The translations under genes and the position numbers were made by a program. The notes below the pieces were generated by a model, which was not told the origin of the DNA, searched no databases, and saw nothing but the letters and a program-made list of their open reading frames with translations. 64,000 bases of DNA from an uncultured Nitrososphaerota archaeon (GTDB lineage: Archaea; Thermoproteota; Nitrososphaeria; Nitrososphaerales; CADDZS01), in the NCBI GenBank assembly GCA_963799845.1, contig CAWCYI010000004.1, positions 1,024,001 through 1,088,000 on the forward strand. Direction: 5' to 3'. This document shows positions 60,304 to 64,000 of the stretch, piece after piece; position 1 is the first letter of the stretch, and each line of letters begins with the position of its first letter.

Positions 60304-61092
60304 TTGACCGATCCGGTCGTGGAATTCTCGCATGTCAGCGTTGACATTCAGGGCAACAAGGCTCTCTCCGATGTCAGTTTCAGGATAAATCCGGGCGAAA
60401 AATGGGCGATCGTCGGCCCGAACGGGTCAGGCAAGACGACGCTTCTCAAGATTGTCAATGGATACCTCCGTCCGTCGGCGGGGGAAGTTTCCGTCTTGGG
60501 AGGCAAGTTCGGCGAGACAAGCTTGCCGGAAATCAGGAAAAGATCAGGTTTCGTCAGCTCGTACCTCGATAATCTGTTGGAATCGGACGACAACACTCTG
60601 GACGTTGTCGTGAGCGGCATGTACGGTGCAACGAGACTGTGGGGAGTCCCCCCGAAGGAAGACGTGAAGAGGGCGCGAGAGATATTGAGAGAGCTGGGGT
60701 GCGCGAGGTTCGAAGACAGGAGGCTGCGGGAACTCTCCCAGGGGGAACGGCAGAAAATCCTGATTGGAAGAGCTTTGATGCCTGATCCGGGGCTGCTCAC
60801 TTTCGACGAGCCCTGCGCTTCTCTAGATCTGGGCGCTAGGGAGTCTTTTCTGAAGGGGATAGAAGCCATCGCGAAGGACCGGAAAAGAGCCGCGCTGGCG
60901 ATGATTTACGTGACACACCGGATAGACGAGATTCCTGATTGTTTTACGAACGCGATCTTGATGAAGAAGGGAAAACCGATGGCGGTCGGAAAGATCAGAA
61001 GAATAATCATCGGAAAGAACCTTAGCGATTGTTTTGACGTTAAGGTGGAAGTCAAACGCTGGCGGGGTAGACTCTACCCGGTCGTGGTCTGA
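60304..61092 (+). CDS. ABC ATPase, ModF/YlmA-like, orphan
   Basis: GPNGSGKTT, LSQGERQK, FDEPC, VTHR..EIP. Confidence 0.9.
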   Translation: MTDPVVEFSHVSVDIQGNKALSDVSFRINPGEKWAIVGPNGSGKTTLLKIVNGYLRPSAGEVSVLGGKFGETSLPEIRKRSGFVSSYLDNLLESDDNTLDVVVSGMYGATRLWGVPPKEDVKRAREILRELGCARFEDRRLRELSQGERQKILIGRALMPDPGLLTFDEPCASLDLGARESFLKGIEAIAKDRKRAALAMIYVTHRIDEIPDCFTNAILMKKGKPMAVGKIRRIIIGKNLSDCFDVKVEVKRWRGRLYPVVV

Positions 61093-61251
61093 GGCTCCCG
61101 CCCTTCGAGGATTTGCTTGCCGATTCCCAGAATAGAGCACGGTCGGGTTTAGCAAACCGTCAAAAGATCACCCGAATTTTTCTGGAAGAGGAACAAAAAA
61201 CCTAACTTTCTTCGGTTCGCTAGTTTTGGATAACCGACACTGTGAAACAAG

Positions 61252-61575
61252 ATGGAAGAGTACGACCTGCTTCAGTGCATCGACAAGGGTCTCGAACCGT
61301 TCGGATCTCACGTCACGCAATCGATTTACTGGAAAATGTCGATTCTCCACAACTATTCGCGCAATGAAGTTATCGAAAATCCTGAACGCCTGTCGAACGT
61401 CATCAGGGAAACTCTCGGCGACAGTTCGGGGGCGGTTGAGGAATCGATAATGAAGGAGATCAGAGAAAAATTCAGCATCCCTGACGAAGAGTCGCAATCG
61501 ATCGTTGATGCGATCGGGAGTGCCAAGAGGCAGATAATCAATATTTACGCCACCACGGTGACTGTATCCTCCTGA
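61252..61575 (+). CDS. Small archaeal helical protein (DUF3227-like)
   Basis: CID.GL..FG......IYW.......R.E....PE.....I...LG pattern. Confidence 0.6.
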   Translation: MEEYDLLQCIDKGLEPFGSHVTQSIYWKMSILHNYSRNEVIENPERLSNVIRETLGDSSGAVEESIMKEIREKFSIPDEESQSIVDAIGSAKRQIINIYATTVTVSS

Positions 61576-61667
61576 CTTTGTTAGTTCTTGTCTATGTTTT
61601 GGGGCTCTACCCAAACGCTTTCCTTCAACGAAAATGATTTGAAAACGATCTGACGAAAATATCTCGC

Positions 61668-62174
61668 ATGGCCTTTTCTGAGTTTGGAATCGGCATCGCA
61701 AACCTTGCGGGATTCCTTGCTCTCTTTTTCATCATCGCGACCGCGGTAATGATGTTCATTAAGACACGCCTATTCAACAGGTATCCTTCGTACCAGAAGC
61801 TGCTGCGGAATACTCACATCGTCCTCGCTTCACTCGGTGGAGCGTTCCTGTTGGTACACGCTGATTATTTCATAAACGCGCCGATTTTGAACACGGGAAT
61901 TTTTCTCGGCTACGTCTCGACAGCTGTCGCGCTAGTAGTATGGTTCACAGGGTTCTCGTTTCTTGAGCGGTTGAGGTACTCACTTCTCTACCATGGATCG
62001 CTCTCGCTGTTTGCAATCTCTCTTATGGTTGTTCACGCAATAGATCTCGGATTCAACATCTCACTTGAAATTTCGGAAACAATCCTGGCAGCTATTGTCG
62101 TCGTGACATTCGCGCGGGCGCTTTTGCATGTCAACAAGATCTTAAACAAGAAAAGCGTGGCAGTGAGGTCCTAG
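61668..62174 (+). CDS. Membrane protein with paired intramembrane His (possible b-heme binding)
   Basis: TH...LVH and YH...VVH pairs in TM helices. Confidence 0.6.
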   Translation: MAFSEFGIGIANLAGFLALFFIIATAVMMFIKTRLFNRYPSYQKLLRNTHIVLASLGGAFLLVHADYFINAPILNTGIFLGYVSTAVALVVWFTGFSFLERLRYSLLYHGSLSLFAISLMVVHAIDLGFNISLEISETILAAIVVVTFARALLHVNKILNKKSVAVRS

Positions 62175-62324
62175 TTTGAAGCGCGGCGAGCTCATCTGGA
62201 GAGTTGTGTCCATCTCGTTTTTTGTAGTTGCCAGTGCAATTGCGCTGATCATTCTGATTCAGATGCTCCAGACATTTAGCTAGGATTCCTGAATCGAAAG
62301 TACGAAGTTATTCCAGAAAACAGT

Positions 62325-62609
62325 TTATGACTTCAGTTCGATGTCCAGATTCAGCACGTCCGTTGAACCGAGGTTTTCAATTTCGTGAGTGATTCCCTCG
62401 GAATAAGTCGCCTGACCCTTCGCAATTTCCGCTATCCGGCTGGACCCGTCGGGAAAGGTAAACTTGACCCTCGCGGGATTCATTGTGTACGCGACGTATG
62501 CGGAGTGAGTATGCATGGGCATCTTCTCGCCGGCGGGGAGTCTGATCTCGACAATCTTCACGCGGTCGTTGTCAAGAAGTACTTTCTTTTCTATCATGGT
62601 TCGTTGCAC
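62325..62609 (-). CDS. Cupin domain protein
   Basis: LLDNDRV, PMHTH, THEIENLG. Confidence 0.85.
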   Translation of the reverse strand: MQRTMIEKKVLLDNDRVKIVEIRLPAGEKMPMHTHSAYVAYTMNPARVKFTFPDGSSRIAEIAKGQATYSEGITHEIENLGSTDVLNLDIELKS

Positions 62610-62650
62610 TCTGGTTCATATGAAACCGCGTATGTATTTTAAGAGATCAA

Positions 62651-63010
62651 TCAGGCTTTTTTTGGAACGAACTTTAGCGAAATCGAATTGACGCAGTGCC
62701 TCGTATCCTTTGGGGTGAAACCCTCTCCCTCAAACACGTGGCCCAGATGAGCTCCGCAGCTTGCGCACTCGATCTCGATCCTCTCGCCGTCGGGATCGGG
62801 GAGTCTCTTCACCGCGCCTTTGATTTCATCGTCAAAACTCGGCCATCCACACCTTGCGTCAAACTTGTCTTCCGATCTGTACAGGGGAGCATCGCACCTC
62901 TTGCAGATGTACACACCAGGTTGGAAATTTTCTTCATACTCGCCGCTGAACGCCCTCTCGGTACCTTTGCGGACGATAACTCTTTCTTCCTCAGCCGTGA
63001 GTTTATTCAT
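62651..63010 (-). CDS. msrB: Methionine-R-sulfoxide reductase
   Basis: GTERAFSG, CxxC, GWPSF, HLGHVF, RHCVNS. Confidence 0.97.
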   Translation of the reverse strand: MNKLTAEEERVIVRKGTERAFSGEYEENFQPGVYICKRCDAPLYRSEDKFDARCGWPSFDDEIKGAVKRLPDPDGERIEIECASCGAHLGHVFEGEGFTPKDTRHCVNSISLKFVPKKA

Positions 63011-63042
63011 TTTCTCGGCACGGACAGATCAATTGAAAGATC

Positions 63043-63276
63043 CTAATGAATATCTTTTCCCTTCCACGCCTGCGCCTTCTCGCAAAAGGCATCGATTTCC
63101 TTTTGAGATATTGAGCAGTGCCGGTAGTGGTTGATTATTTCCCGCAGCGCTTCCTCGATCGGTGTTGGAGCTCCGGGGCACGATGCGTCGAGCTGGGCCC
63201 TAATCTCGACTAGGGGTTGCCAGATGTCCTTGGGAATGTGGAGAGGAACGCTTTCCTTTGTAGTGGTCATGTGCAC
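63043..63276 (-). CDS. Small hypothetical protein
   Basis: 77-aa ORF just upstream of msrB on the same strand. Confidence 0.55.
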   Translation of the reverse strand: MHMTTTKESVPLHIPKDIWQPLVEIRAQLDASCPGAPTPIEEALREIINHYRHCSISQKEIDAFCEKAQAWKGKDIH

Positions 63277-63482
63277 TCCGCTTCATCGCACTAGGAGAAA
63301 AACATTCTGATGGAATCTGTTTCTCTCTTGCCACCCGATCCGCAAGAACAAATGAAAGCGTCAATCTGAATGCTCATCACTGGTTTATGATTAAACATCC
63401 TGTTTCCCTTTCTGTTTAGATACAATAAACTGTAGCACTAAATAGTCGTAGCTCGCTTATCTTCAATTTGAAGGAAGGAAAG

Positions 63483-64000
63483 ATGGTAGACCATCGGGGT
63501 AAGGCTATCATTGCATCGACTATCGCAATACTGATAGCTTTGACCATCGGACTAGGGATCTACTACATTCAACCTGTAGGGTCTGGGGGTATTTCTGTAA
63601 CAACGATAAAGATGCCTAAAGGCAACGGAACAGATCAATATCCCGTGACCTCCGACGATACAAATTCTACATTGGGCTTACAGCTTCAACTTTCGATAGG
63701 CTCCACTTTGTATAATCCTGGCGATAACGTCTCAATCAATATTACGGAGTACAATATTCTTGGAACGCAAAACAACGTTACAGCGTCAAATAATTGGCCA
63801 AACGAGACGAGCCCAATAGCAGTCTGCGATCCGATCTATCCGCTGCGCGTCGGAATCATCAGTGGCTTTTACGATTCAAACAACATTTCTCGAATCTCCT
63901 CGACCCAGATCGTCCACTTTATCGACCCGAATTTGGTGTACCCATGTCCTGCTATTCCGGTGATAAATTCCTACAATTTCCAGCCCAATAGTGACAATGC
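63483..64000 (+). CDS. Membrane-anchored extracellular protein (partial, runs off window end)
   Basis: Hand translation MVDHRGKAIIASTIAILIALTIGLGIYY...GLQLQLSI...SNNWP...; open to the end, with several N-x-S/T sites. Confidence 0.75.
   Translation, partial: MVDHRGKAIIASTIAILIALTIGLGIYYIQPVGSGGISVTTIKMPKGNGTDQYPVTSDDTNSTLGLQLQLSIGSTLYNPGDNVSINITEYNILGTQNNVTASNNWPNETSPIAVCDPIYPLRVGIISGFYDSNNISRISSTQIVHFIDPNLVYPCPAIPVINSYNFQPNSDN

Overview
Archaeal chromosomal window. Gene families, TATA-type promoters and short leaders suggest a Nitrososphaerota/TACK-type genome (inference). I found no rRNA, tRNA, CRISPR array or transposase. About 70 genes fall into two parts. (1) Positions ~2-44.4 kb form a stress/anoxia-type island: orphan CoxL/CoxG, nitroreductase, USP, two ABC-2 exporters, PncB, CBS proteins, PolX, phosphoribosyltransferase plus alpha/beta hydrolase, CapA, class II RNR, DnaK, an FdrA/DUF1116/DUF2877/carbamate kinase cluster with a nucleoside-type ABC importer, and MgtA. 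(2) Positions ~45-64 kb hold ordinary metabolism: folPBK, HerA-like ATPase, enolase-superfamily pair, TsaA, HtrA, proBA, MsrB. The main observation is a 26-bp quasi-palindrome, GACGATT(C/A)TCA-N4-TGA(G/T)AATCGTC, that I read 16 times between 2.1 and 44.4 kb. It is always intergenic (taking the likely true start codons), always has its better half facing the downstream gene, and ends 7-10 nt before a TATA-like box. The genes behind it closely parallel the mycobacterial DosR dormancy regulon. One copy precedes a gene-free, hairpin-rich ~230-nt segment (candidate ncRNA). The ORF track misses two micro-ORFs: a 42-aa Cys-rich peptide and MPAKKTKKKK. About 8 single-base frameshifts and 2 in-frame stops look like assembly errors. 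All family calls come from motif recognition, not database searches.
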